64,000 nucleotides of DNA from Ptychomitrium polyphyllum (Eukaryota): assembly GCA_973851085.1 (NCBI GenBank), contig OZ316776.1, positions 4,526,001 to 4,590,000 on the forward strand, written 5' to 3'. How positions within the stretch are numbered: the stretch's first letter is position 1; the number at the start of each line of letters is the position of its first letter. The translations under genes were made by a program, and so were the position numbers. The notes below the pieces were generated by a model, which saw only the letters and a list, made by a program, of their open reading frames with translations, was not told the origin of the DNA and made no database searches. Shown here piece after piece: positions 31,330 through 45,118 of the stretch.

Positions 31330-34300
31330 TGTCGCGCACCTCTCCTTGAGGAGTGCCCGCAACACTAAGGGCACAAGGGGGACCCCGAAGTGACGTCCAG
31401 GACTTGTGACGCCGATAGTGAAAGAAACCGAGTGGGCCTAGCGTGGAAAGGACCCTTAAGGGGGAGAAACATCTTTGCCCATGTAGACCAAGGGCCACAA
31501 AGGATAGATGGCTGGCATTGGAAGAATCACGAAGAGCTGATTCTAGAATGCTAAAGATTGTCCAAATCGGACAAGGGAGCTAAAAGTTATGGCATCCCAA
31601 ATTTGGGGTTGCCAAGGGGCTGTTTTGGAGTGTGGCAGCCCCACACAGTGACTGTACTGGAGTGGGACAGTCCAGGGAAGGACTCCCCGGGAGTCCCGAA
31701 CCTTGGAAGAGGCGTATCTCCCACAATGCTAACTCAAATTGGACATTTGAGGAGTCTATCGGCATCTACGCAAAGAGTAGATGACAATAGAGTGGTTGCT
31801 TGATACATTCAGGCACCGGATGAGGAAGATATGACTCCCTGAAGGTCCGCTGGGAGTCCCGGAGGCTTCCAGCGGCTAAGTCCCAAGGGAGATCGGGTGG
31901 TCTTCCAAAACTCTAGGTGTGTCGGGGTTCAGCCAGCTACAGAGGGCCAAGGGGCCTGCCGAATCCCACAGAGAGTACTATAAGGGAGGGCTGGTCCCTC
32001 TCCCCACTCCCCTAGTGTCCCAGTAGAGACCAAGGGTGAGTCCCGGTTGGTGGAGCTAGTGTTGGGGCTTCACCACGAAGACTCCCACACCATTGTGAGC
32101 TGGTGGACGGCCGATTTCACGAAAGAAACTAGCACGTTCAAAGCGTACGCTTGTTACCACTAAGTTGGGGTGATGTCTTCACGCCGGCACCATGATGGCT
32201 TGGGGTGATCTTAAGATCACATGGGCATCATGAATGGTGGTGAGGAGACACCACTAAGTGCGGTTAGGCCGTGTGGAATGGGAGTAACACCAAAGAGGCC
32301 TTAGACATGAATGGAAGTCCGCACCTAACCATTGGCTACTAATAAATTGGGTGTCCTAAGAGAAATGGTAGAAAGATTTGGAAAGTGAGAATGGGGGTTA
32401 ACCATGTGCATGTGGGGGTGTACAGGTGGTTGACGCGCGTGACGCTTGCTAAGGTGCATTACAAGGATTGCAACATTTGGTATCAAAGCAGGCTTTGAGT
32501 ATCAAAGTGCTACGTTGCGAGGAGGCTATGGGTAAGAAGAAGGCCGGTGATGGCGGTGAGCTCGGTGTTACGGACATAAATCATGCAACATAGTCGTTAG
32601 AATATTCTAGAACCTTCGAGTATACTAGAATAGTTTCTTAGAATACTTTTAGATGTCTCCATAGCTTTTTTTATGTTTTTAGGAAGCTTCCCAGGAAAGT
32701 TCCTCCACCTTAAGAAACTTCCTAGGAAGGTTCTACCTCTTCAGAAAACTTCCTAAGAAGGTTCCGCTATCTTAGGAAACTTCCAAAGAAGGTTTCAACT
32801 CCTTGGAAGCTTCCAAAGAAGGTTCCATTTTCTTGGAAGCTACTTAGGAAGGTTCCAACATCTTAGGAAACTTCTTGGGAAGGTTCCTTAGACTTCCAGA
32901 ACAATCTTAAGCCTTGTAGGAAGCTTCTTTAGAAGTATCATAGGAGATACAAGCGTCCTAGTATAAATAGGAGGCAAGACAAGGTATTCCTTAGTCTTGC
33001 CAACACAAGTTGTGGATCATCTTGAATCCTACCTTGTTCTAGTCTTTGTATGAACTTCTTGTTAATCATTAGCTCTTTGGAAGCTAATTCTTGGGAAACA
33101 CTTCGTTTCTGCTTCTTGTTTCTTGTGTCCCTAACACCCGGGGCCTCTAATTGACTACGCACAAGGGTGAACAAAGACCCCGATCCAATTAATGAGGCTC
33201 CATCCTTTGATTCCAATGAGCAAGGAAATGACATTGGAGTCATCGAGGAAGTTGAGGAAACTCAGCAAGACAAAGCGTTAGAGGGTGGAGAATACTCAGG
33301 AGCTAGGATTCCTGAGCCACCTGAGGGCCTAGAAAGTCAGGACCCTGACTTGAGTTTTTGTATGAAAATGCTCGAGTTCATGGACGGTGTGAACCAAGAA
33401 CTCAAGCGTGGCAAAGAAGAAAGGACCCGTCAAGAGAGGTTAATTGAGCACTTGATGGCACAAGGTTCCAGGTCCTCATCTTCAACCAAGAAGTTGGCCA
33501 AGGTGAACATGTCCAGCACTTTTTCTCGGCTAGGTAAAGCCAGGAAGGTGAAGGAGTTTCTTTTGGAAATGGACAACTATTATGATGTTCAAAAGCCGGA
33601 GGAGGTGGACAAAGTTTCAATTGCGGTGACATTTTTGAAAGACCATGCTTTTCAATGGTGGACAAATAAAAAGAAACAAGAGCCGGAGTTGGTGGCGACT
33701 TTGTCTTGGGTCAATTTTAAAGAGATTTTGAGTGAACGCTTCACTCCGGAATTACCAAGAGTTGAGGGAGGGCATGAACTTGGTGCAAATGAGGCACACC
33801 GGGTCGCTCAAGACTTATATGCGAGATTTCAACGCCCAAATGAATGCCACACTCAAAATGGATGAGTTTTCAAAGAAATTCATCTTTTTGGGTGGGCTCC
33901 AAAAGTGGGTGGTGGACGCCTTATTCAAATTCCCAAAGCTTCCGGAGAACGTGGCGGGAATCATTAAGATTGCGGAAAGAATTGAAGCCGACGGTCCCGA
34001 AAGAAAATCAAGTGGTCCCTCTCAACAAAGTGGATTGAGTCGAAATGTATCTCGCGGCGGACAACGCAAGAAATTTGGCTTTGGAAACAAACACAAGGGA
34101 CAAGTAGATGGAAGGGCCTACAACGAAGTGGACCATCATGAAAAAAAACCATTCAAATCGGGAGATAAGAGTGCTGAGGTGAAGCACAAGCGTTGCCACG
34201 GGTGTGGCAAGATTGGCCACTTCATTGTAGAGTGCCCCGATAAAAAGGTGAGTACCAAAGCTTGTCACACTTGTGTTGTAGATCACATTTTAGAAGGTGG

Positions 34301-37300
34301 ATTTATGGCCAAGGCTAGTAGCCTTAAGCCAAGGTCAAGTCTTTTATACCTTGAGGCCCAAATAAATGGCAAAAATGTCTCATGTTTGATTGACACAGGG
34401 GCAACGCACTCCTTCATGAGTCCCAAGCTAGCAAGCCCATCAACGTGCGATTTGCAAAAGGCAAACCGTACGAGACGAAGGAGGTGGTGTTGGATGTGGC
34501 CTTAAGCAGTGGAACATTGGAGTTGAAGGAAAGTTTTACACTATGTGAGATGGATGAGGTAGACCTCATTTTAGGTGATACCTTTTTCGAAACCCATGTG
34601 GTGGATGTGAAGCAAAAGCCAGCATGGTTAGTTGTGCGCCGTGGTGGGAAGGAGGCAATATTGAAGTTGACTTGGACTCCTATGGTTGCGGGAGGCAAGT
34701 TGAACTTAGTCTCCTTAGAACAATTAGTGAATAATCAATTTGTGGTTGTGATGCAAATGGAGCAAGAAGAGGGGAATAGGCCAAGTGCCAAGGAGGTTAG
34801 GACTATTCCCAAGTGCATTCAAAATGTATTAAGTGGTTACAAGGATGTGCTCACCAATGAGCTGCCCGCAGAGTTACCGCCAAGAAGAGAAGTGGATTAC
34901 AAAATTGAAGTGATACCGGGAGCGGAGCCCCCTTTAAAGGCTCCACACCGGTTGAACCAAAAAGAGCTAGAAGAGTTGAAGAAGCAATTGAATAACTTGT
35001 TGGAAAGAGGCTATGTTAGGCCAAGTAAGTCGCCATATGGAGCACCGGTCCTCTTTGTGGACAAAAAGGATGGCAAGCTCTGCATGTGTGTCGACTATAG
35101 ATCCTTGAATAAAACCACCATCAAGAACAACTATCCTTTGCCTCGGATCAATGACCTCTTTGATATATTGGCGGGAGCTAAATACTTTAGTTGGATAGAC
35201 TTGAAGTCGGGCTACTATCAAATCCGCATTGCGGATGAAGACGTGCCAAAAACCACATGCCGCACTAGATATGGGTCCTACAAATTTTTGGTGATGCCAT
35301 TTGGGTTGTGTAATGCTCCTTCAACGTTCACGACCCTCATGAATACCATCTTTCGAGAAGAGATGGATGACTTTGTCATTGTCTACATTGATGACATCTT
35401 GGTATACTCCAAGTCGGCGGAAGAACATGCAAGGCACCTCGAAGTGGTGCTTTAAAAACTAAGGGACCACAAGTTTTATGCCAACGGAGAAAAGAGTGAG
35501 TTTGCTCAACTTGAGATTGAGTTCTTGGGCCATATAGTGACGGATGATGGAATCAAGCCGGACATAAGGAAGATAAAGGCAATTAGAGAGTGGAAACAAC
35601 CTTCTACACAAAAGGGGCTAAGATCATTTCTTGGCCTAGCAAATTATTATAGGAGGTTCATACGCAACTTCTCTAAAATTGCTAGACCTTTGTCCGACTT
35701 GTTGAAGAAAGGAGCTAGCCAAGTATGGGATGGATTTTATCACCAAGCTTTTCAAGAACTCAAGGATAAGTTGTCACAACCGCCGGTATTGAAGTTTCCC
35801 GAGTTTGAAAAGCCCTTTGAGGTCCACACGGATGCAAGTGACTTTGCCATTGGCATAGTGCTCATGCAAGAAGGCATGCCAATTGCCTATGAGAGCAAGT
35901 AGTTGGATGGGTGCCAAAAGAGGTGGCCCATGCTCGAGAAAGAACTCTTTGCCGTAGTGCATTGTTTGAAAACATGGCGGCACTACTTGGGCCTACATAA
36001 AACCAAAGTCTACATGGACAACGTGTCCTTAAAGTACTTTGAGTCGCAAGCACAAATGAGTACAAAACAATTGAAGTGGTATGACACCTTGGCACTCATG
36101 AATCTGGATTTGATCCACAAGCCGGGGCGTGACAATGTAGTGCCGGATGCTCTAAGTAGGCGGGAGGAGTTGCAAGCGATGGATACAACCCAAGTCCTGC
36201 GAGTAATGTACAAGGGAGAAGACAATTTGGAAGGGAAGATAAGAGAGGGGTACATGAAGGACTCCGAAGCACAAAGGCTTCTCGGCAAGCTTAAGAAGGG
36301 TAAGAAACTTAAGGAAATTAAGTTGGAGAAGGAATTGCTCAAGTACAAACAAAGTCGGGTGTATGTGCCTCAAGGAAAATTACGATTGTTGGTTTTGAAA
36401 GAAGAACATGATAGTCCCATAGCCGGCCATAGAGGGGAAAAAACAACAATAGCGGCGGTGTCAAGAAGGTACTATTGACCGGGCATGAAAGCGGACATCA
36501 CCAACTTTGTGAAAACTTGTGTGAAGTGCCAACTCAATAGAGCCTCTTACCAAAAGCAAGCCAGTCTACTACAACCTTTGCCAATTCCGCCAGGTCCATG
36601 GCATAGCGTGTCCATGGACTTCATCACAAGTCTTCTGGAATCGCAAGGACATGATGCCATCTTTGTGATGGTGAATTGCTTTAACAAGTTGGTGCACATG
36701 GTGCCAACAAGAGGAACCGTAATTGCACATGAGACCGCAAAGCTATTCCTCAATGCATGGTGGAAACATCACGGATTGCCGAAAGTGATTGTGTCAGACC
36801 GAGATCCAAAATTCACTAGTGCTTTTTGGAAACATTTCTTTAGGAAAGTTGGAACCAAATTGACATTTAGCACTGCCTTTCATCCTCAAACGGATGGGCA
36901 AACGGAACGAGTGAATGGAGTCTTGAACCAATACTTGAGGAACTTTGTGAGTGCAGACCAGTGCAATTGGACGGATTATGTGAACTTAGTGGAGTTCAGT
37001 TATAATGCGGCCAACCATTCGGCGACAAAGCAGTTGCCATTTAAGGTGGCCTATGGAGTGGAGCCACTCCAGCCTGCCAACTTAGGTCTCGAAGGGGCAC
37101 ATTCAATACTAGAGTTTAACCAAGATGGTGAGGACTTGGCCAAAAAGCGGGAACAGATGTTGGAGAAGACCAAGCTTTTGTTGAAAAAGGCACAAAAGCG
37201 GTACGAGAAACAAGTCAATGCCGGAAGACGTGAAGTGGAGTATGAAGTAGGCCAAAAGGTGTTGTTGAATGTGAAGAACTTTAGCTTGCCCAAAGGCCTC

Positions 37301-39636
37301 ACTCCAAAGTTCATGTCCAAGTTTGCGGGGCCGTTTTCCATTGTGGAGCGGATGTTTAAAGATGTGTACAAGTTGGAGCTACCACCCAAAATCAAAGTGC
37401 ATCCAACATTTCATGTTTCACTCCTTAAGCCATTCAAAAAAGATACGTTGTGGCCCAATCGCAAACAAGTGATTCGGCCACCGCCGGAATTGGTGGGTGA
37501 CCACTTGGAATACGAAGTAGATGAAATTCTCAAGTGTAAGCACCACAAGAAAGTAGGAAAAGAGTATTTGGTGAAGTGGAGAGGGTACCATGAAAAGGAA
37601 GCAACTTGGGTAGCAGCCAAGGACTTGGGAAATGCCAATGAAGTGGTGGAACGCTTTGAAAGGGATAGGAACTCCAACAAAAGACAACGTCGGCATTGAT
37701 GAGGACATCAATCTCTTTTAGTAGGGGGAGAGTGGCTTGTAGTTATAACTTCTTCACATCATGTATAAGTTCCTTGACTTATGGCAATAAAGTTCAACTT
37801 TTGTGTGTGCAAAGAAAAGAGTATAAGATGACATCCCAGTCTTGTGCTTGTGCTATGTTGGTAGAAGAGGGAGAATAGACATGTGAAACCAAGTTGGGAA
37901 GGCCGAGTAATGGAAACCAAGGCTGGGAGGAGGAATGGTTAAAACTAGGAAACCTCCTTGCCTCGAGCTTGTCCGGGCGAGGACAAGATAATGGCGCGTG
38001 CTCATAAAAGCGCCACTCCTACAAACTAATAAAAGTTAGTGCATGGGAGTCATGAACCCATGTCTCAATAGAGATAGTGGGATCCAGGTTGGGCGGAACT
38101 TGGCATTACCCCCGTGCAATCGAGTCGTGGAATAAAAAGCCACCTTGGGTTTGCAACCAAGACAACTTGGTGGAGCATTGAGGTCCAGCCTAGTCAAAAA
38201 GGAAGAATTAGGGAAGTGTAGCCTAACTAGGGAGTGTATCCCAAGAGGGTCTCAAAGTAGGTAATTTTAGAGTAGTTTAGGGCCCCAAAGATTTTTGTTT
38301 AGGGTGCCTAAACAAACCACCTCCTAAACGACACCTTTGAGACTTTGCCAAAGACTTATGCGTGCATTGTGGGGGTCGCACCCTGAATGAAACACAATGC
38401 TGCACCACTAGAGGATGGCAACCTTGGAATTGGTGTGCCGACTACAAGTATAGTCAATGAGGGCATCGACTCCATTAAGGTGGAGGTGAGTGTCGCGCAT
38501 CTCTCCTTGAGGAGTGCCCGCAACACTAAGGGCACAAGGGGGACCCCGAAGTGACGTCCAGGACTTGTGACGCCGATAGTGAAAGAAACCGAGTGGGCCT
38601 AGCGTGGAAAGGACCCTTAAGGGGGAGAAACATCTTTGCCCATGTAGACCAAGGGCCACAAAGGATAGATGGCTGGCATTGGAAGAATCACGAAGAGCTG
38701 ATTCTAGAATGCTAAAGATTGTCCAAATCGGACAAGGGAGCTAAAAGTTATGGCATCCCAAATTTGGGGTTGCCAAGGGGCTGTTTTGGAGTGTGGCAGC
38801 CCCACACAGTGACTGTACTGGAGTGGGACAGTCCAGGGAAGGACTCCCCGGGAGTCCCGAACCTTGGAAGAGGCGTATCTCCCACAATGCTAACTCAAAT
38901 TGGACATTTGAGGAGTCTATCGGCATCTACGCAAAGAGTAGATGACAATAGAGTGGTTGCTTGATACATTCAGGCACCGGATGAGGAAGATATGACTCCC
39001 TGAAGGTCCGCTGGGAGTCCCGGAGGCTTCCAGCGGCTAAGTCCCAAGGGAGATCGGGTGGTCTTCCAAAACTCTAGGTGTGTCGGGGTTCAGCCAGCTA
39101 CAGAGGGCCAAGGGGCCTGCCGAATCCCACAGAGAGTACTATAAGGGAGGGCTGGTCCCTCTCCCCACTCCCCTAGTGTCCCAGTAGAGACCAAGGGTGA
39201 GTCCCGGTTGGTGGAGCTAGTGTTGGGGCTTCACCACGAAGACTCCCACACCATTGTGAGCTGGTGGACGGCCGATTTCACGAAAGAAACTAGCACGTTC
39301 AAAGCGTACGCTTGTTACCACTAAGTTGGGGTGATGTCTTCACGCCGGCACCATGATGGCTTGGGGTGATCTTAAGATCACATGGGCATCATGAATGGTG
39401 GTGAGGAGACACCACTAAGTGCGGTTAGGCCGTGTGGAATGGGAGTAACACCAAAGAGGCCTTAGACATGAATGGAAGTCCGCACCTAACCATTGGCTAC
39501 TAATAAATTGGGTGTCCTAAGAGAAATGGTAGAAAGATTTGGAAAGTGAGAATGGGGGTTAACCATGTGCATGTGGGGGTGTACAGGTGGTTGACGCGCG
39601 TGACGCTTGCTAAGGTGCATTACAAGGGTTGCGACA
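31330..39636 (+). mobile_element. Full-length but defective chromovirus (Ty3/Gypsy, family B): LTRs 31330-32475 and 38491-39636; gag-PR-RT-RNaseH-IN-chromodomain from 32528 to 37699
   Basis: 1146-bp TG..CA LTRs; TSD GTGGT/ATGGT; PBS TGGTATCAAAGC 32478-32489 (tRNA-iMet type); purine-rich AGGTGGAGGTGAG before the 3' LTR. Zn knuckle CHGCGKIGHFIVEC, protease [14 protein letters not shown], RNaseH TDASD, integrase SMDFI/SDRD/GQTERVN, GPF, chromodomain YEVDEIL..YLVKWRGY..TW. Stops at 33152, 35453, 35900, 36476; frameshifts near 33750 and 34435. Confidence 0.97.
32566..33136 (+). mobile_element. Solo LTR, family A, inserted in codon 13 of family B gag
   Basis: TGTTACGGACATA...CCCTAACA; TSD CTCGG/CCCGG. 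Removing it and one TSD copy joins ATG 32528 in frame with the gag ORF at 33167 (one TGA intervenes at 33152). Confidence 0.93.
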
Positions 39637-40194
39637 ATGGTTGTCCTATATTGTGACTATGCTAGATTGGACAATGCAGGGAGGAACTCTTTAGAAGTTC
39701 CAAACCTTGAGAGAGGCATATTTCTCTAAAAACTAACTCAAATTTGACGTTTGAAGAGTTTATCGGCATTTACGCAAAAAGTGGATGATGATAAAGTTGA
39801 TAGATTTGAAAACTAGACGTAGAAAATATGGGACCTTTAAAGGTCCGCAAAAAATTCTGGAGGCTCTCAACAATTAAGTGCCAAGGAGAAATGGGTGGTC
39901 TTCCAAAATTTTAGATGTGTTGGGATTTGGCTAGCTACAGAGGGCTAAGGAACCTACCGAATTCCACGGAGAGTACTATACGGAAGGTTGGTCTTCCTCT
40001 CTATTCTCATAGTGTCTCAAGAATAATTAAGGATGACTCCTAGTGGATGGAACTAATGTTGGAACCTCACAATAGGGACTCCCACATCATTATAAGCCAA
40101 TGGATGGCCAGTTTGACAAAAAGAACTAGTGAATTTTAAAATATGCGCAAGTTGTCACTATGTTGAATTAATGTCTTTACGCCGACACCACAAT

Positions 40195-41357
40195 TGTCGC
40201 AACCCTTGTAATGGACCTTAACAAACGTCACGCGCATCAACCCTATACACCCCCACGTGCACATAGTTAACTCCCATTTTCACTCTCCAAGTCCCAAGCT
40301 TGGTTTCCAATTCCTCCAACTATTTTTTTTAGGACACCCAATTGATTGGTAGCCAATGGTTAGGAGCGGACTTCCATTCATGTTCAAGGCCTCACTTGGT
40401 GTTACTCCCATTCTACACGGTCCAACCACACTTAGTGGTATCTCTTCACCACCACTCATGATCCTCATGTGATCCTAAGATCACCCCGGGCCATGATGGT
40501 GCCAACATAAAGACACCACCCCAATTTAATAGTAATAAGCGTGCCTTTTTAATCTCACTAATTCCCTTCGTGAAACTAGTCATCTACCAGCTCACAATGG
40601 TATGGAAGTCCCCGTGGTAAAGCCCCAACACTAGCTCCACCAATCGGAACTCACCCTTGGTTCCTATTGGGACACTAGAGGAATGGAGAGGGGAACCAAC
40701 CCTCTCCTATAGTACTCTCTGTGGGATTCGGTAGGCCCCCTAGCCTTTTGTAGCTGGCTGAACCCCAATACACCAAAACTTTGGAAGACTAGCCGATCTC
40801 CCTTGGAACTTTGCTGTTGGAAGCCTCCAGGACTTCCTACGGAACTTTAGGGAGCCATATCTTCCACATCTAGTGTTTGAATCTACTGAGCGACCACTCT
40901 ATCGTCAATACTCTTCGCGTAAATGCCGATAGACTTCTCAAATGTCTGATTTGACTTAGTATTCTGGAAGATATGCCTCTCTCAAGGTTTGAGACTTCTG
41001 AGGAGTCCCTCCCTATATTATTCCAATCTAGTACAGTCACTCTGTAGGGCTGCCACAGTCCAGAACAACTCCATGGCAACCCCAACTTTGGAATGCCATA
41101 TCTTTTAGCTCCCTTGTCTGATTTGAGCAATCTTTAGCATTCTAGAATCAACTTGTCGTGAGTACTCCAATGCCTACAATTTATCCCTCATGGCTCTCGG
41201 ACTACATGGACAAGGATGTTTCTCCCTCTTGGAATCCTTCCCACGCTAGGCCTATTCGAGCCACTTCACTATTGGCGCTACAAGTCCCGGACGTCACTCT
41301 AGGGTCCCCTTTATGCCTTTAGTGTTGCAGACACTCCTCAAAAAGATGTGCGCAACA
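40195..41357 (-). mobile_element. Solo LTR, family B, inverted, nested in the older family B LTR
   Basis: Reverse complement of the family B LTR from end to end; degenerate TSD ACAAT/ATGGT. Confidence 0.9.
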
Positions 41358-42147
41358 ATGGTGGCCTAGGATGATCATGGAATCACAAAGAGATCATAAA
41401 TGGTGGTGAAGAAAGACCATCAAGTGCAATTAGGCCATGCAAAATGGGAGTAATATCAAGTGAGGCTTTGGACATGAATGGAAGTTTGCACCTAATCATT
41501 GGCTACCAACCAATTGGGTGTTGTAAGAGAAATGAGTAAGAATAATTGAAAACCAAGTGTGGGGCTTGGAGAGTGAAAATGGGGATTAACCATGTACATG
41601 CGGAAGTGTATAAGTTTGACGTGCGTGATGTTTGTTAAGGTGCATTACAAGGATTGCGACAATGGAAGAAATTAACCTTGTTTGTTATTGTTATTTTAAT
41701 TTTAATTTGGATCTTATTGTAATTTTAATATGTTCTAATATGCATATTTAAAATGTTATATAAATAAGTTGTAATTTTTCAATCTTTTAAATATATGTTT
41801 TTCATAAATTAATCTTAAACTTTGTTATTTGAAAGGTGACTATCTTCACATAGTTTATATTTACATGATCAATATACAATTATATAGGAATATAATGTAT
41901 TTATTTATGAATAGTTTATAATCATGTGCAAATAAGTAAGTATAACAACATTCAACTAAAGTATTATAATCAAATATTGTCATTCTTTTACATCTAAAAT
42001 TCCTGATTAGGCAAAATTCTTGTTACTCTGTAAGTATTTCAAATGCATTTAACAATAGGTACCACAGTTACATAATACTTTTACATGTAAAAGAAAGTGA
42101 CACACCTCAACTTTTAAATCATTGAGACCCCAAAATCCAATGCTGCG

Positions 42148-42635
42148 TGGGCCCTCATCCATCGACCTGGCCCAGGTGAGTTGCAAGCTTGAGCAAGGTT
42201 GCCTGGCGTCCTGAGTTTCTCGCAGAACTTGTTGCCAAGCAACTGCGTTTGCGCAGGCGCAAGCGTTGCGCATGTTGTTGCAGCGCACTGCCCTCATCAC
42301 CTCCGCGCTTATCCCCACCGCATCTTACCACTGCTACCACTTCAACCCCGGGGCTTACCGAGCTTCTAGAGATTCACTTTCACGGAGTTTATTGAGCTCA
42401 TTCAAACACAGTTTTTCGGACCTAGGGTTTGTGGTTTTGCTTGCCGGTGCGTCTGCGAGGATCACTGCTTCAACCACTTTGGTTCGAATTTATCGAACTT
42501 ATAGAGTTTCAGTGATACTGAGTTCATCAAGCTCATCCGAAATTGAATTTACAGAATTAGGGTTTGTGGTTTTGCTTGTCGGTGTGTTTTCGAGGGGAGC
42601 CCATTTTGGCGCTGGAGTGCATTCAGCTAGGGTTT
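42148..42635 (+). promoter_or_regulatory. Site II elements plus three telo-boxes upstream of the zinc-knuckle gene
   Basis: TGGGCC 42148, GGCCCA 42169; TAGGGTTT at 42423, 42558, 42628. This is the plant site II/telo-box combination typical of translation and RNA-processing genes. Two of the boxes lie in a ~30-bp duplication. Confidence 0.55.
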
Positions 42636-42663
42636 TGGTTTGGCGTGTGATTGAGGCAGCGAG

Positions 42664-43656
42664 ATGTCGTCCAAGAAGGAGAAGGCGGATGCGGCAGCGG
42701 CAGCGGCGGATAGGATTAAGGCCGCTGCGCTGACGGCTGCCAAGGGCTTGAGCAGGACGCAGGCGGAGAGGGCAGCGGCTGCAGCGGCGCGGAATGTAAA
42801 TGCGTATGGGCAGAAGGAGGAAGGACCGAGTCGATGGCAGGAGCGGAAGGAAGCCAAGCGGCAGATGTACTTGATGAGTACAGAGAAGGCTGTGAAGTTG
42901 GGGGTTAGGAAGGATGCGAAGCAGGGGGGAGCGGGGGCGTTCGGGGGCTCACAGCAGTGCCAGAAGTGTTTCCAGATGGGGCATTGGACGTATGAGTGTA
43001 AGAATGAGAGGGTTTACATCTCTCGGCCGACTCGGACGCAGCAGCTCGCAAACCCAAAGCTGCGCCCGAAACTCATGGAGCCTGAGGAGGTTTTGGTGGA
43101 CTCCCGGGCGTTGCAGCGGGATGCGTTACGGGAAGCCGCATCGCAGAAAGCGAGCAAAGAAGTACGCAAGAAGCGAAAGGCGAAGCGGAAGGAGAGCAGT
43201 AGTGAGGACGAAAGTGATAGCGGAAGTGACAGTGATAGTGGTAGTGATAGTGACCCATCGGATTCCAGCAGCGCGGAGAGCGATGTCTCGACTGAGAGCA
43301 GCGATGATGATCGGAGGAGAAGAAAGAGTTACTCTAGGAAAAGAAAGAGCGTGAAGAGCGATGATGATAGCGAGAGTGATAGTAGTGAGGATGATCGGAA
43401 GGGGAGGAGAAAAGGGAAGGGTCGGTCCAGAAAATCGAAGACCGCGGAGAGCGATGATGAGAGTGAGAGTAGTGACGATGATCGGAGGAATGGGAAAGTT
43501 CGTTCGAAAAAACCAAAGGTCTCGGAGAGCGGTGAGGACAGCGATAGTAGTGGTGATGATCGGAAGAGGAGGGGTAAGGGCCGTTCGAGGAATTCAAAGA
43601 AGCGCCGCGAATCGCCTTCTTCTAGCAGCGACGATGATCGTCCGAGGCGAAAATAG
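42664..43656 (+). CDS. CCHC zinc-knuckle protein (ZCCHC10-like) with Ser/Asp/Arg/Lys-rich low-complexity tail, 330 aa, intronless CDS
   Basis: [30 protein letters not shown] knuckle; N-terminal [18 protein letters not shown] block recalled from plant homologs; uninterrupted ORF. Confidence 0.9.
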   Translation: MSSKKEKADAAAAAADRIKAAALTAAKGLSRTQAERAAAAAARNVNAYGQKEEGPSRWQERKEAKRQMYLMSTEKAVKLGVRKDAKQGGAGAFGGSQQCQKCFQMGHWTYECKNERVYISRPTRTQQLANPKLRPKLMEPEEVLVDSRALQRDALREAASQKASKEVRKKRKAKRKESSSEDESDSGSDSDSGSDSDPSDSSSAESDVSTESSDDDRRRRKSYSRKRKSVKSDDDSESDSSEDDRKGRRKGKGRSRKSKTAESDDESESSDDDRRNGKVRSKKPKVSESGEDSDSSGDDRKRRGKGRSRNSKKRRESPSSSSDDDRPRRK

Positions 43657-45118
43657 TTTACACGGGTAGATGCAATGGGACCTGTGACAGTGATAGCGGC
43701 CATGGGGATCATCACAAGCGGAAGAAGTCCTGCTCTAGCTGAGAAAGTCAAAAATTAGTTGAGTCTTAGGATTGTAGAATATCTGCTGCGTCAATGCGAG
43801 TACCAATTTAGAGTCACTCCGTCGTGTAGTTGCCCTTACATTTTTTGCTGGTTTTTCTGGAACGATGAAGTGAGATAGCTTTGAGTTTGGTAAGTTGTTT
43901 GCTTTTGATCTGCAGCATTGTCTTAGTGGTTCCGTTGTTGTCTAGGGTTTATGATGCTTATGAATCAGGTGGGCTTTTTAACGGACTCTAATCGCAGTTT
44001 AATGTGAATGTTTTAGTATAACGCACTTGGGGTTTTGCGATATATTCTGGAAAGAAATGTGTTGTTTGGAAGGAATTGGGGAGGAACTGTTGACGAGGTT
44101 TCTTTGTTGTATAAGTGCGAAAGCATCCGTGTATATGTTGTGTAGGAGTCCATCTAGTATGTCCTTGATTATTGTCCTCTTTGCAAGATTTTTGTAACAT
44201 TCTTAGAGGGGCATATGTTGTGCTTCTGCCATGTGTAGCCCAGCTGGTTCGTGTTGACTTAATTCTCTCAATTGGAAATGTAAATTATGTCTTCTGTGTG
44301 AAGATCATGGTCGCCCTATGTCAGCAAAATTTCGTGTTACAGCAGGTGTGAATTCCTGGGAACAATTGACAGTGCTGTTGTCATATGCATATCTTGTTAT
44401 GCATTTGCTTGTCAAACGAGGAATGGGCTTTGAGAGAAAATAAAGAGGTTTTCCTGTCACTCAAACCTATTTTTGTCGAAATCTTGCTTTGATTCCCTTT
44501 ATAAGAGTTACAGAATCTTAACGAGGTAGTTGTGATCATTTTCAACGTAGATGTGATTGCGGGGTTAAGAGAGCAACCTCAGAACGGCATCCTGAAGCGG
44601 TCGCACGTGCAGAAAGTTCGTACGATTTGCCATACATTACTAACTTTGAACTATAGACATCTGTTCCTTCAGTCCCTTTAGAACAGCCCCCGCAGGCATA
44701 CCACACCTATGTAAAATGCCCGTTAAGTCCTTTTCCACTATTCCAGTTGAGGTAGCTCAAAGTTAGTAATGTAGTACTTTAAAATGCTTTGCTCATGTAC
44801 GTTACATCTTTGATATATATCGGTATTGGACACTAAACTAGAATTTTAAGGTGCTACCATGTTTGATACATATTCTAATGATGGGGTTCCGCTAGTAAAA
44901 TTCTCGGTGTTTAGAGGTGTTCTGCAATGTGTTGAGAGAGGTTTTCAGAGGGGTGATTGAAGATTCTTATGATGAGTGCATTAACTCAGGCTCTATAACT
45001 CAGCGTAATACAATCGAATAAGTAATTTTACACTGATACCGTCCATGAGAAGCAAGATTTCTTGGCTGCAGTGCTTACGTTCAGAATGGCGTCGGTGGTG
45101 GTTTGCTGTCGTGGTTCC

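Larger units (their letters stand above)
31023..41661 (+). mobile_element. Old family B solo LTR split into three pieces (31023-31329, 39637-40194, 41358-41661) by two later family B insertions
   Basis: The pieces are collinear with one family B LTR when joined. Ends TGTTGTATACC / GATTGCGACA; TSD ATAGA/ATGGA. Confidence 0.88.

Noticed and set aside
31558..31803. 81-aa ORF repeated at 38719 and, inverted, at 40870
   Set aside because: Lies inside family B LTRs, starts at TTG, and is interrupted in other copies; no recognisable domain.
42914..43751. Overlapping ORFs across the zinc-knuckle gene tail
   Set aside because: By-products of low-complexity Ser/Asp/Arg/Lys coding repeats.
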